Below, piece after piece: positions 1 through 13,281 of a stretch of DNA of 64,000 nt. Made by a program: the position numbers and the translations under genes. The notes below the pieces were generated by a model. It did not search any database. It was not told the DNA's origin and saw only the letters and a program-made list of their open reading frames with translations. Source of the stretch: Eledone cirrhosa (lineage: Eukaryota); NCBI GenBank assembly GCA_964016885.1, contig OZ024740.1:229896001-229960000 (forward strand), written 5' to 3'. The first letter of the stretch is position 1, and each line of letters starts with the position of its first letter.

Positions 1-379
1 AGCAGCAGCAACAATAACAGCAACAACAGTACCAGCAGCAACAACAACAGCAGCAACAGTATCAGCAGCAACAACAGCAGCAGCAACAGTATCAGCAGCA
101 ACAATATCAGCAGCAACAACAACTGCAGCAACATTATCAGCAGCAACAGCAGCAGCAACAACACCAGCAGCAACAGTATCAGCAACAACAGTACCAGCAG
201 CAACAGTTACAGCAACAACATTATCAGCAGCAACAGTATCAGCAACAACAGTACCAGCACCAACAGTATCAGCAACAAAAGCAGCAGCAACAATATCAGC
301 AACAACAGTACCAGCAGCAACAACAACAGCAGCAACAGTATCAGCAGCAACAATATCAGCAGCAACAGTATCAGCAGCC

Positions 380-413
<34 letters not shown>

Positions 414-687
414 TATCAGCAGCAACAGTAGCAGCAGCAACAGTAGCAGCAACAGTAACAGCAGCAACAGTATCAGCAGCAACAACAACTGCAGCAACAG
501 TATCAGCAGCAACAGCAGCAGCAACAATATCAGCAGCAACAGTATCAGCAGCAAGAGTATCAGCAGCAACAGTATCAGCAACAACAGTACCAGCAGCAAC
601 AACAGTACCAGCAGCAACAGTACCAGCAACAACATTATCAGCAGCAACAGTATCAGCAGCAGCAACAACATCAGCAGCAACAGCAGA
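1..687. repeat. (CAG/CAA)n compound trinucleotide minisatellite
   Basis: Repeating cagcaacagtatcagcagcaac units; source of the spurious poly-Leu ORF 207..743. Confidence 0.95.
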
Positions 688-689
688 AC

Positions 690-3600
690 CCCCCACTCGC
701 ATCCAAAGGGGAACATTGCCATCTCCCATGTACCCAAACCCAATCCGCGACGTTAGCCATTTCCAACAATATCAGTCAAGCCCCCACCCTTACCCATGTA
801 AATAAATCCTGTCCTACTTGTACAAAAACCCTTGGACACCCTAAAACCCCCCTAATATGTAAATATTTGTTTCTACTTTTGGCACAAGGCCAGCAATTAT
901 CCCAGTGTATTACTGGTACTCTATTTTATCGACCCCGTAAGGATGAAAGGCAAAGTTAACCTCGGCGGGATTTGAACTCAGAATGGCAAGGGCCGTAACT
1001 CTATACTGTAAATAACCCTAATATGTAAATATTGTAGTCGCGCCTTCCATCTCAAATGTACGCCAGAGACAAGATCAACGCTCGACCGTCTTCGCCAACT
1101 AAGTGAATGGAATTGTGTCACATGTCAACAAACTTCCCTAGCTCCACCTCCTACTACTGTACCACAGCCTGTAAACCGATCTAAACCACCGAGAAATACC
1201 ATTCGTCAACTACGGATTCTTCAATGGAATGCAGACTTCCTACCGACCAAGATTACAGAATTGAAGCAGTTGATCACCTCCCACAGTGTTGATATCGCCT
1301 TGGTTCAAGAAACGAATCTTGGACTAGAAGACCCGACACCGTATATACATGGTTATGACTCCCTCAGAGAAGATCGACCGGGTAGTGGTACAAAATACCA
1401 TAGAGGTGGTGGCCTGCTGATCTATGTACGCCAAGGTATCCAATATACCGCCCCCTCCCCCCTCCTCCACCGACTACAAGCCCTTTAGAGTCACAAAAAG
1501 TTATCATCCACATGAACAGCAGACGAGATTTCCCTATCACAAATGTGTACTTTCCACCACCGCAGAGGTCGGACTACACGTACTCCGACAATGAACAAAG
1601 TTGGGTCAACCACCTACCTACAGAAAATGGTCTCATCTGTGGCGATGTGAATGCCCATCATATAACATGGGACGAATTTGCCAGACCAGATGCCAGAGGC
1701 GCGACCATAATGAATTGGCTGGAAGATCACGCAAAATCAACGCTCAATGATGGTTCGCCAACAAGGGCGGCGCGATACCAACAAGGAGCAGGTGTGAGTA
1801 CCCCAGATCTTACCATTGTAGATACCGATCTCGCAGATCGATTCACATGGGAAACCATGAACGAACTCACGTCAGACCATCTACCAATCCTAATTACCTG
1901 GGGAGCCGATCTCAAAGTGGAAGGACCAAACAGACAGATACGCCACAACTACGAGAAAGCTGACTGGTCCACCTTCAAAAAGTGTCTCGATGAAGGAGTA
2001 TCTCAGGTAACTGAACAAACTTCCCATTCCGACAAGTTGGTTGCCCTATCCGTTCTCCTAAAAAAGGCGGAAGATAAAGTGGTGCCAATTAAAGTCGTCC
2101 GTCCACGGGAGACACCCTGGATGAATCCAGAATTCAAAAGTTTAATCCGTAAACGTAACAAATTGCGGCGTGACATGGGAAGAAACCGTGCTGAATGGAT
2201 GGAGACCTGCAAAGGAATTGGAAGACTCACAGAAGAAGGAAAAAGAGAAGCGTGGCGAAATCACTTACAAAAAATCTCAGACACGAAAGATACCAAGCAG
2301 GCATGGGCCACGGTAAAGTCATTATGTGGCAAAGCTTCAAAGTCAACTGGGAAATCTTTGACATATGAAGGTACTGTCTATACCAGCGACCGGGGGAAGG
2401 CTGCAGCTTTTGTACGAGAGTATGCCACTATAAGTGGAAGAAAGAACAACAAAGAATCAAGAAGGACAGGAAGACTATTGAAAAGAGAAATGAAAGACCT
2501 GCTCCTTGCCCCAGGCAAAGGATAGAAGCCGATTTCACCCTGGATGAACTCAACGCTGCAATTAAAAAGATCAAAGCACGTAAAGCAGCAGGTCCAGATG
2601 AAATAGCGCCAGACCTTCTCAAACACCTAACCAAATCTATTCAAATTGAACTTTTGCAAATTTTAAACCATAGTTGGACGAAAAATTGGTGCCCTCAGTC
2701 TTGGCGGACGGCGACAATCATACGTTTCCACAAAAAAGGCAAAGATCCAGCAGAAGTAGGGAGCTACCGCCCAATATCACTGACCTCAACAATAGGAAAA
2801 CTACTTGAAAGACTGATTGCTACCCGTCTGTCATGGTGGAGCATTCGATTCTCAGTCCCCGGCAGGCGGGTTTTAGGAAAGGACGCAGTACAACCGATCA
2901 ATGCCCGCGACTCTCCCAATTCATCTCGGATGGGGTCCAGTCGTCGCAGCGCAAACGCACCCTAGCCACCTTTTTCGACTTTAGCAGGGCGTACGATCGT
3001 GTCTGGAGAACCGGACTACTGCAGAGCATGCTGGGGCTTGGTGTTCCCCGACGTTTTGTTGAATGGTTGTCGACATGGTTCGTGAACCGCACCGCGAGAG
3101 TCCGTCTTAACTCAATGACAGGTAGGAGCAGAGTGTTTAAAGAAGGCCTTCCACAAGAGGCCATCATGTCTCCAATCCTCTTCACAGTCTACATAAACAG
3201 ACTCCTAGATGGATTTGAAGAATCTACGCACATCAGCGCCTACACAGATGATCTGGCGATCGTGTGTAACGGAAGGAATAAAGATGAAGTAGCCGTCCTA
3301 CTACAAAAAGAGGTTGACAAGGTAGCTGAATGGAACAAGGAAGCTTGACTGCAGCTCAATATTAATAAATGCGAGACAGCATTTTTCAGTCTTGAGGGAA
3401 CAGGGGCAAAGTAGCAGCCCAGTATCGCAATAGCCGGGAAACAACTTTCTTGCAACCCTTTCCCAAAATTCCTGGGCATCACATACGATCGGCAGTTAAC
3501 CTTTGGGGAACATGTGGAGAAGGTATGTCGAACTATCCAATCGAGAACGAACCTACTAAAAACTGTAGCAGGAACGACGTGGGGCTGGAAGAAGGCGGAT

Positions 3601-4935
3601 CTTCGTCAAATCGACACTACCGTACAACGAAGCATCGCAGAATATGCGGCCCCGGCGTGGACACCCTTGTTGTCTGCCACCAACATCGGTAAGCTCGAAA
3701 GAGTACAACTAGACGTGGCTCGAGCCATCACCGGCCAAGTCAGAACCATACCAACCGACACTGTGCTAGCAGAATCCCAGTTACCTACGCTCTCCTCCAG
3801 ATTCTCGACATTTGCACTGCTTAAAGCTGATCACTGGGCAAACCTACCAAAGACCCAATCGGCACAAAGTGTTTAATACCAGCTGCCGAAAAAGGCTCAA
3901 AAAGACAGACTGGAGAGGCACCCAATCCCAGCACCTGGCACAACTACATCTTATCCCCCCCGACACCCCTACCCAAAGACCCAAAACGTCCCTCAAGGTT
4001 AACCCCACCCCATACATGTAATCTACACCAATACCTCCAAGTCCCAAAGCGCAAACCAACAACTGACAGCAGCCTTGGACACCATATCAACCCTCGCCCC
4101 GTCAGATGTTCAAATCTACACCGATGGGTCTACAAAAGAAGGTACTACTGATGGCGGAGCTGGTATGGTCATCATGAAAGATGGTGAGGTCGTCCACGAG
4201 TGGCGTACAGCAACAGGCGCTAGAAGTAGCTCCTTTCACCCAGAAAAGGCTGCGCTTAGAGAAGCCATCCACTGGTTACAAACCAATAACGCAAAATGGA
4301 CTTCGGCGACCATCGTCTGCGACTGTATATCTCTAGTTCAGGCAGTCGACAACTCTGCCCCCAAAGATCCCACTATAACAGAACTCCAGGCAGCAGTTAA
4401 TAACCTCGGAGAAGACAAAAACCTAACTGTTGTATGGGTCCCTGGTCACTGTAACCTACAAGGGAATGAACTAGCAAACAAACTCGCAAAGCAATGGCTC
4501 CTCACTTCCACAACCTAACACCCCTGCTGACCATGCCACGAGACAAGCTCTCATCAAAAGGGAGTGTAGACCAGCACCCTTCACCCACGAGAGAACTATC
4601 CAAACCTTCAGCAAACCGCCGGACGAGAGAGTCGAAAACGCTATAGACAAGGCTGATCTCACCCACCTTATCCGCTTCAGAAGGGGGCACCATCCAGCAC
4701 TTGGCAGGTGGCAGCTACTGACTGACTAATGTAAAGACAGCACTTGCAGACTCTGCGGTGAAGAGGAGGAGGAGGAGGAGGAGGAGGAGGAGTCTGAACA
4801 CGTCTGGCTACGATGCCCTGCATTGGCGATCGAGTGATACCATCACCAACTCGGCACATCCTTAGAGGACTTAGTCCGTCTCCCAGTCGCATTTCTAGCG
4901 CTTCTGAGGAGGATCCTCAGGGGCCTGAGGTGAGT
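690..4935 (+). mobile_element. Decayed non-LTR retrotransposon, single ORF PHD-APE-RT-RNase H-zinc knuckle (Ingi/I-group-like)
   Basis: PHD C4HC3 at 810-1126; APE motifs LQWNA, ALVQET, GGGLLIYV, GDVNAH, SDHLPI; RT motifs AAGPDEI, YRPISLTS, QAGFRKGRST, DFSRAYD, GLPQ, YTDD; RNase H IYTDGS...WVPGH...GNELA; CRLC...HVWLRC; several stops and frameshifts; ends in (CAA)n. Clade assignment is from domain order only. Confidence 0.9.
868..1005 (-). mobile_element. 5'-truncated tRNA-derived SINE inserted in the LINE PHD finger
   Basis: SINE family sequence with 18-bp TSD ccctaatatgtaaatatt at 850-867 and 1016-1033. Confidence 0.9.
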
Positions 4936-5274
4936 CAACAACATCACGACAACAACAACAGCATCAGCAACACAGCAGCAACAGTATCAGCAGCAACAAC
5001 ATCAGCAGCAACATCAGTGGTAACATCCGCAACAGCAGCACAGCAACAACAACATCAGCAGCAGCAACAGCAGCAGCAACAGTATCAGCAGCAACAACAT
5101 CAGCAGCAAACTCAGTGGTAACATCAGCAATAGCAGCACAGCAACAACATCAGCAGCAGCAACAGCAGTAGCAAGAGTATCAGCAGCAACAACGTCAGCA
5201 CCACCTCCAACAACAGCAACAATTGCAACAGTCACAACAACAACATCAACAACAACAACGACAGCATCATCATC

Positions 5275-5327
<53 letters not shown>

Positions 5328-6447
5328 CTGTAACACAGGCTAATGACAACAACAACAACAACAACAACAACAACACAGGCTAATGAGAACAAGAGTAACA
5401 ACAACAACAACAACTGTAACACAGGCTAATGACAACAACAACAACAACAACAGCTGTAACACAGGCTAATGACAACAACAACAACAACAACAACTGTAAC
5501 ACAGGCTAATGACAACAACAACAACAACAACAACAACACAGGCTAATGAGAACAAGAGTAACAACAACAACAACAACAACTGTAACACAGGCTAATGACA
5601 ACAACAACAACAACAACAACACAGGCTAATGAGAACAAGAGTAACAACAACAACAACAACTGTAACACAGGCTAATGACAACAACAACAACAACAACATA
5701 AGTAACACAGACTAATGACAACAAGAACAACAACAACAACAACAACAACAACATAAGTAACACAGACTAATGACAACAACAACAACAACAACATAAGTAA
5801 CACAGACTAATGACAACAACAACAACAACAACAACATAAGTAACACAGACTAATAACAACAACAACAACAACACCAACAACAACATACGTAACACAGACT
5901 AATGACAACAACAACAACAACAGCAACAACAACAACATAAGTAACACAGACTAATGACAACAACAACAACAACAGCAACAACAACAACAACATAAGTAAC
6001 ACAGACTAATGACAACAACAACAACAACAGCAACAACAACAACAACATAAGTAACACAGACTAATGACAACAACAACAACAACAACAACAACATAAGTAA
6101 CACAGACTAATAACAACAACAACAACAACACCAACAACAACATACGTAACACAGACTAATGACAACAACAACAACAACAGCAACAACAACAACATAAGTA
6201 ACACAGACTAATGACAACAACAACAACAACAGCAACAACAACAACAACATAAGTAACACAGACTAATGACAACAACAACAACAACAACAACAGCAACAAC
6301 AGCAACAACAACAACATAAGTAACACGGGCTAATGACAACAACAGTAACAACAACAACAACATAAGTAACACGGGCTAATGACAACAACAGTAACAACAA
6401 CAACAACATAAGTAACACGGGCTAATGACAACATTAACAACAACACC

Positions 6448-6493
<46 letters not shown>

Positions 6494-6580
6494 ACAACAA
6501 CATTAACAACAACAACAACAACAACAACAATGACAACATTAACAACATCAACAACAACAACACCAACAACAACAACAACC
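4936..6580. repeat. (CAA)n-based minisatellite with taagtaacacagactaatga / tgtaacacaggctaatga spacers
   Basis: More than 20 units of a fixed ~20-bp motif separated by variable (CAA)n. Confidence 0.95.
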
Positions 6581-6901
6581 ATTATTAATATTGGTTTTGA
6601 TAATTACAATATTATAAAGAGTGATATAATGATGTCTAGCAGTGTTATTGGTTATATATTGATCTCTGATTGGTGAGTTTTTATTGACATACATACATAT
6701 GTATACATGTATGTATACATATGTATATACACACACACACACACACACAAAACATATATATATATATATTGTTATAGTTGGGGAGTTCATATTGTTGTAA
6801 TAATATATATATATATATATGTACAAACATATCTACATACATATGTACATACATACATACAAACATACATTTATACATACATACATACATACATACATAC
6901 A

Positions 6902-6936
<35 letters not shown>

Positions 6937-7269
6937 GTAGGAGGTGAGTTTTATTGTAGTACAATAAAGCAATGCAGATATCGGATAAGAAGCACTCTAC
7001 AATTTGTAGGACTGGAGTATATATAATATATAAGAACAAAAGATGGTTAAAAGAGTTCTATGTATTTTATTATGCGCATTTCAAAAACAAACATCATCAA
7101 CATATGTTGATTTAAAACTGAACTATCCACAAGTGTTTTTTAACCTTCATATCATGTCTTCCTGTTTTATCTGATGAAAACACAAATGTTGTTGCATGAT
7201 GATGTAAACCTCTCCAAATGAAGTTGATGTTTATTACGGTATGTCGAATATATTTATCTATAAAACTGT

Positions 7270-7350
7270 TTATATTGTATTTTGTCTGATGAAGGCATAG
7301 CATATTGTTAATATGATATCCCCGAAATATATATAATGAAATAAATATGG
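7270..7350 (+). ncRNA. Type I hammerhead ribozyme in a PLE pseudo-LTR
   Basis: CTGATGA 7286-7292, stem II aggcatagcat/atgatatcccc, GAAA 7324-7327, palindromic TATATA stem III, UA cleavage site, stem I tatattgtattttgt/atgaaataaatatg; homologous to 62796-62875. Confidence 0.75.
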
Positions 7351-7471
7351 TTTTATAAATATAGTTTTCCATTTATTTAATATTGTAAATATACTCCAAA
7401 TATTTGTCGAGTGCTTTTATATCAGTTATAAATATTTACTAGTTGTAACCCAACAATTTTAAATATAACTT

Positions 7472-7528
<57 letters not shown>

Positions 7529-8119
7529 GTATGTACGTACATTCATACATAATACATATGTACATCCATGTATTCATAAATAAATACATATATACATGTA
7601 TACATATTCATATTCATATACACAGACAAGGTGATAGAAAATGTACAGGAATAGAGAAACAAAACAAAATTTTACAAAATAAAATAAACAAACCGACATG
7701 AACATGAAATCCTTCATCAGCTACCGGCTAGATTTCATCATGGTTTCGACACCTTTTAATAGTATCACTCAAATCTAATGATGTCAGCAGTATTCAAACT
7801 AGAAACGGTGCAAACCAACCGAAACAGAATGGACGCACCGTCGGGATTTGAAGCTGTTAGTTATATAAAAAAAAATTGTAGTTACATGTATAGTAAAATT
7901 ATCCTAAATCATCTGATATACGCTGTGTTCTCCATAAATATTTATTATATATTCAGTCACCTACACATCCATACATACATACATGCATGATGGTTGCAAG
8001 CTCGACTAAGAGTATTGCAATCGCTTGTCAGATTATAGAGTTTGGTGCACTTTTAAGCTACGGCCAGCCATACAAACCTGTAACAACCAGAACAAGTATT
8101 TTATGTATGTGTATGTATG

Positions 8120-8157
<38 letters not shown>

Positions 8158-8160
<3 letters not shown>

Positions 8161-8532
8161 ATAATAATAAAATTGAAGACTAAAATCCAAAGGGGGCTCG
8201 ATAAGGAAAATATATATCAAATATATAAGAACCGTAGAGCAAATATTTATTAAAATAACAGTGCTCAACCGAAGGAGCCCTCCTTCGGTTGAGCACTCTA
8301 CTGACTTATATTCATCATGCAGAAACAACATCTGAATATTTCTACAAAGAACATACCTGTACCAAGCAGGAAAATATACCTAAACCAAAGTATCGTCTTC
8401 CTGTCTTCCTCCGGTTGCAACGTTTTTTGAAATATCCAGTTCTGCGTTTACAGATTGACTTTGTTAGTTTCAGAAGATCCCGTTAAGGGTGAAAGCAGCG
8501 ATTCTTTGCTTAAACTTTAATCTGTTATTTTA

Positions 8533-8540
<8 letters not shown>
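8158..8540. mobile_element. Rearranged PLE pLTR fragment between (TA)n tracts with degenerate HHR (8450-8525 +)
   Basis: CAGAAGA-tcccgttaagggt-GAAA-gcagcgattctttgc-TT-aaact; related rearranged copy at 20795-20935. Confidence 0.55.
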
Positions 8541-8595
<55 letters not shown>

Positions 8596-8602
<7 letters not shown>

Positions 8603-9128
8603 TGCAAGCTCAGCTAAGAGTACTGCAATCGCTTGTCAGGTTATAGAGTTTGGTGCACTTTTAGGCTACGACCAGTCATACAAACCTGTAACAGACCCTG
8701 AACAAGCAATGCCTGTGCTTTGAAGGTTTTTTAAGTGGGGAAAGGCCTTGCACTCGACCAATCCCACTTTCGCAGCATCGAAAACACTACCCGAAAAGGA
8801 GAACTGGTCAATATCATCGGATGCTTCTGAAGCCGCAGGTTTTATTTCAGAGTGTCCCTCTCCTAGAAAGGTGTTGTGACAACTGGGGCCTTTCACTCAC
8901 AGGTGAAAAAATCAACAACAAAAAAAACTACTATTTGAATGGCCGTTCGCTCTGCTGAGTTCCTCCGCCCTTCGTCAGGTCTTCTATTTCATCCCGTAGG
9001 GCGTCCAAATATCATCCTCCTCACCAAACCTGCTTGGTGGGGTTGCCGGTTTAGTCGCCGACGACCCGACCATGAGACAGGTTGTTACTGGGTTACATGT
9101 TACCAGTAGCACTCGAGAGCGACCTGAC
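8596..9128 (-). mobile_element. Probable RTE-type LINE 5' region (partial copy at 7986-8090)
   Basis: Minus-strand ctaggagagggacactctgaaataaaacc resembles RTE 5' UTR motifs (recalled, not searched); 8978-9083 is duplicated in inverted orientation at 9152-9262. Confidence 0.5.
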
Positions 9129-9272
9129 ATACATACATACGTACGTACGTATAACCTGTCTCATGGTCGGATCGTCGACGACTAAACCGGCAACCCCACC
9201 AAACTTGCTTGGTGAGAAGGGTGATATTTGGACACCCTGTGGGATGAAATACAGGATCCTGTATGTATATGC

Positions 9273-9386
<114 letters not shown>

Positions 9387-9394
9387 ATGTGTAA

Positions 9395-9699
9395 ATGAAG
9401 TAATTCCGTCGGAAAGGTCCAGGAAAAAAGAGTGCTCTATGTAGGTTACAGAGCTTATTAGTTATGTAATAAACACATAAGATAATTATTTCATTTACCA
9501 GTGGTTTCTTGAAACCAAACAAATCTGCTTTCAGTCGTCAGAATGAAAAAATCCTGGTGTTTTTATTGAATGTGGATTTGAAAGGTTTCAATACAAACAC
9601 TAGGATTTTTTCATTCTGACGACTGAAAGCAGATTTGTTTGCTTTCAAGAAACCACTGGTAATAGAAATAATTATCTTATGTTGTTTATTACATAACTA
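9395..9699. mobile_element. Fold-back PLE pLTR cassette with an HHR on each strand (family C)
   Basis: Arms 9459-9570 / 9587-9699; plus-strand CTGACGA 9616-9622, stem II tgaaagcaga/tttgctttca, GAAA 9649-9652, ccactgg-TA; flanked by (GT)n and (TA)n. Confidence 0.8.
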
Positions 9700-9705
9700 T
9701 ATATA

Positions 9706-9834
<129 letters not shown>

Positions 9835-10279
9835 TAAATATCCAAAATTAAATTAAGGGTGTTGCAATTTTTTTTTAAATACACACATCGTACCAGCGTC
9901 ATTCCAGTGGCGTGAATAGGATTATAGACAGCTTGAAATAGCAGCTGAGTCCTTTCAACTAAGTTAGCTCTACAATTAAGGGGCCGTATATATATCCAAA
10001 ATTAAATTAAGGGTGTCGTGTCTGAGAGACACGCGCCATATCCACTGTAGAATAAGCTCAAAGATTCCAATGAATAGATCCGAGCCTTTTATATCAACTA
10101 GAAATTGATCACATGGTTAAACCCCCAGCTGAGTATGCAGGAGCAACCTGAAATTAAGTGTTTTGTTCAAGAACACAACATGCAACCCAGGAATCGAATC
10201 TACGACATAATGATCGTAAGTCCAACACCCTTACCACTAAGCCACGTGCCTCCACATATATTATATATATATATGCATA

Positions 10280-10344
<65 letters not shown>

Positions 10345-10920
10345 GCGTGCGCGTGTGTATGTGTATGTATATACAAATTTACCATATTGTCGTCACGCTA
10401 CTGTCATAACAGGACACTCGCTCTCTACAACATTGTTATTAGAAGCCCGTTGACTACCTTATGGTATCGATCGATCGATCTAATGTGATTATACGTGACA
10501 TAAGACAATATTGCAATCTATATTGTAACTCACTGATTGCATCATGTCATCTAACCGACGCCATTCTGCCACATAACACACACAACTGCAATTATCTGAA
10601 ACCCCATGTGTATAAGTAATTTGTCATGGCGATGCGATACCACCATTTAAATGTATAGTTAATATTTATATAGTTAATATTTATATCAATGCACCTTTTC
10701 ATTACATTACTTCCCAGGTCTCAGGTCAAACATAGCGTTTTTCAAAAGGATACATGGATAGTTCTGTGTCAAATAATCGCAGTTTTGTCACTCTCCTACG
10801 CTATTCGCCCGAGCCATGTTACGCTTGAATAGATATCCAAACAGCACAAAACTAGACGATTGATTGTTTAGAAGCATCTATTGGTATGGCAACCTCTGTC
10901 AATTCAACAGAACGTGTTGA

Positions 10921-10958
10921 TCAGGGTTATGGTTAGGGTTAGGGTTAGGGTCAGGGTT
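10921..10958 (+). repeat. Short interstitial (TTAGGG)n-like tract
   Basis: tcagggttatggttagggttagggttagggtcagggtt. Confidence 0.7.
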
Positions 10959-11066
10959 TGGGGGAGGTTAATTGACAATAATCTGAAAAAATAAAAATAA
11001 AAATATGAAAAAATAAATTCCTCATGTGACCGTGAGAATTTCTGAGTGGCAAATTATTAATTTTAT

Positions 11067-11440
11067 AATTGTTTCTACTTTTTGCACAAGGCCAGCAATT
11101 ATCCCAGTGCATTACTGGTACTTTATTTTATCGACCACGAAAGGATGAAAGGCAAAGTTAACCTTGGCTGGATTTGAACTCAGACCGTAAAGAACCGTAA
11201 CTCTATGCTGCAAAGCATAGCGTCCAATCCTCTACCGATACTGCCAATCGACTATAATTGTTTCTACTTTAGGCACAAGGCCAGCAATTACCCAGTGCAT
11301 TACTGGTACTTTATTTTATCGACCCCGTAAGGATGAAAGGCAAAGTCAACCTCGGCGGGATTTGAACTCAGATCGTAACGAGACGTAACTATGCTGGAAA
11401 GCATGGCGTCCGACCCTCTACCGATACTGCCAATCCGCCA
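11067..11440 (-). mobile_element. Two tandem tRNA-derived SINEs
   Basis: A-box TGGCAGTATCGG and B-box GTTCAAATCC on the minus strand, ctttcatcctt core, gtagaaacaatt tail. Confidence 0.9.
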
Positions 11441-11619
11441 ATCGACTATAATGTTGATAATTTACAAGTCATTTTATGGAGAAAGAGAACAACATTTAAA
11501 TAACTATTTTAAAAGTCTGATTAGATTATGTATTAACGTAAGGTTCATTAAGCCAACGTCAGTAAATAGTGGGATCAAAGTAATACACAAGTTGCCACCT
11601 TAACAGATGCTTACTTGTT

Positions 11620-11970
11620 AGTCAACATCATTGAGATCACAGTAGAACATTCTTGACAAAGTCTGTCCCCAATTCACAATTTTCCATTGCTCCTGGTTGA
11701 GGTTTGTATCATCTGAGAGTTGGTCTATGAATGTTTGAGCAAGTCTTCCTGTATTGCATCTCCCGTAAGTGGGTTCCGACAACATCACATATACATATCA
11801 TCATCATTGCAATTACACTTAAACATTCCTGACAGTCTCTTCACAATTCACAATTTTCCATTGCTCCTGGTAAATGCTCCCTACTGAGGTTTGTATTATC
11901 TGAGAGTTGATTGATGAAGGTTTGAGCAGGTCTTCCTCTACTGTGTCACCTGTGGGCTGGTTACCACAAT
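11620..11970 (-). mobile_element. Two RTE LINE 3'-end fragments (third copy ~15055-15360)
   Basis: Translates to EPTYGRCNTGRLAQTFIDQLSDDTNL, resembling the RTE C-terminus; (GAT)-like tail. Confidence 0.6.
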
Positions 11971-11972
11971 AT

Positions 11973-12135
<163 letters not shown>

Positions 12136-12306
12136 ACGAAGGAAGTGTGGTAAGGAACCAGGTGGACCATAACGCACCAAAGTACTCAATACTTAGGGTA
12201 GTAGAGTGGGTAATAGGAACGAGTAGGACCCCGACGGCTGAGCTCAAGCCGTTTCAACGGCTAATTCTGGACTAGTCCAGAATTAGCCGTCGGGGTCCTA
12301 CTCGTT

Positions 12307-12310
<4 letters not shown>
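12136..12310. mobile_element. Fold-back cassette, family D (3' half of an HHR)
   Basis: Inverted taggaacgagtaggaccccgacggct; palindrome acggctaattctggactagtccagaattagccgt; (TA)n on both sides. Confidence 0.8.
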
Positions 12311-12354
<44 letters not shown>

Positions 12355-12769
12355 TCTACTATAGATTCCTTCTTCTTTTAGAGGCAGCGTGTAAGAATGG
12401 CAAGAACTACTGGATTCCTTGTCCAGTGGTAACGGCTAACATACACAGTATAGACTTATCTTATGACTTGGGCAACCTGTTGATGTGTATAACAGCCCTA
12501 TTAAGTAAATATTTGCTGATATTACGCGATTTTCTGAACATTGAGGATCTAATATCTGCATTTGTGAAGATATGTTGCACAGAAACGATATCGTCCAGGA
12601 GTTAAGAATATTACCTTTCTCTCTACCAAAACACAGCCACCGTATCTGCTATTAACTAAACGTGTGCACTCTGAACAGTTAATTTTATTATATATATATA
12701 TATATATATATATACGTGGGAAAGTAAAAAATCGGAGAATAGACCGTTAAAACATGTTTATTTAAAACA

Positions 12770-12810
12770 GCACCTACGTACGTTTCGCCCAGTTGGGCTT
12801 CTCAAGGGCA
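12770..12810 (-). ncRNA. Minimal hammerhead ribozyme with U3-A8 core variant
   Basis: Minus strand: gccc-TTGAGAA-gccc aact gggc-GAAA-cgtacg-TA-ggtgc, inside the TA-flanked insert 12716-13210. Confidence 0.7.
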
Positions 12811-13207
12811 TAAATAATGAAAAGTGTTCCTTATATTGCTCGGAAAGAGTTTGGGGGGTTAAATCCACATCAAGGTTCATTGCTCGCAAAAATAGCTTGT
12901 GTTGATTTTGCAGCAGGTCAAGGGAGGTAACTCCGGCCGGTGTTAGGGCAGTCTTTCCCGGACAATTTTTTTTTTTTTTTTTTTTTTTTTTGCCGCATCT
13001 GTTTGTCTGAGGCTGGGTCTGGTATGCAAGGATTGTTTCCTGGGTGTTATTTTGCAGCGCCTGCCCGCCAGGGCCCACTAAATATTAACACTTCGAATAT
13101 TTAATACTGCCGGCACTAGTATCGAGCACCTTTGGCATACGCTACTTGGCAAATAACTATATGTATCACCTATCCTCCCCTTTTTTCTCTTTCTCGATAC
13201 GTAAATA

Positions 13208-13277
<70 letters not shown>

Positions 13278-13281
<4 letters not shown>

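Noticed and set aside
4936-6430. Repeat-spacer appearance
   Set aside because: The spacers are only variable-length (CAA)n.
12350-12690. PLE RT fragment on the minus strand
   Set aside because: Only weak motif resemblance; too decayed to call.
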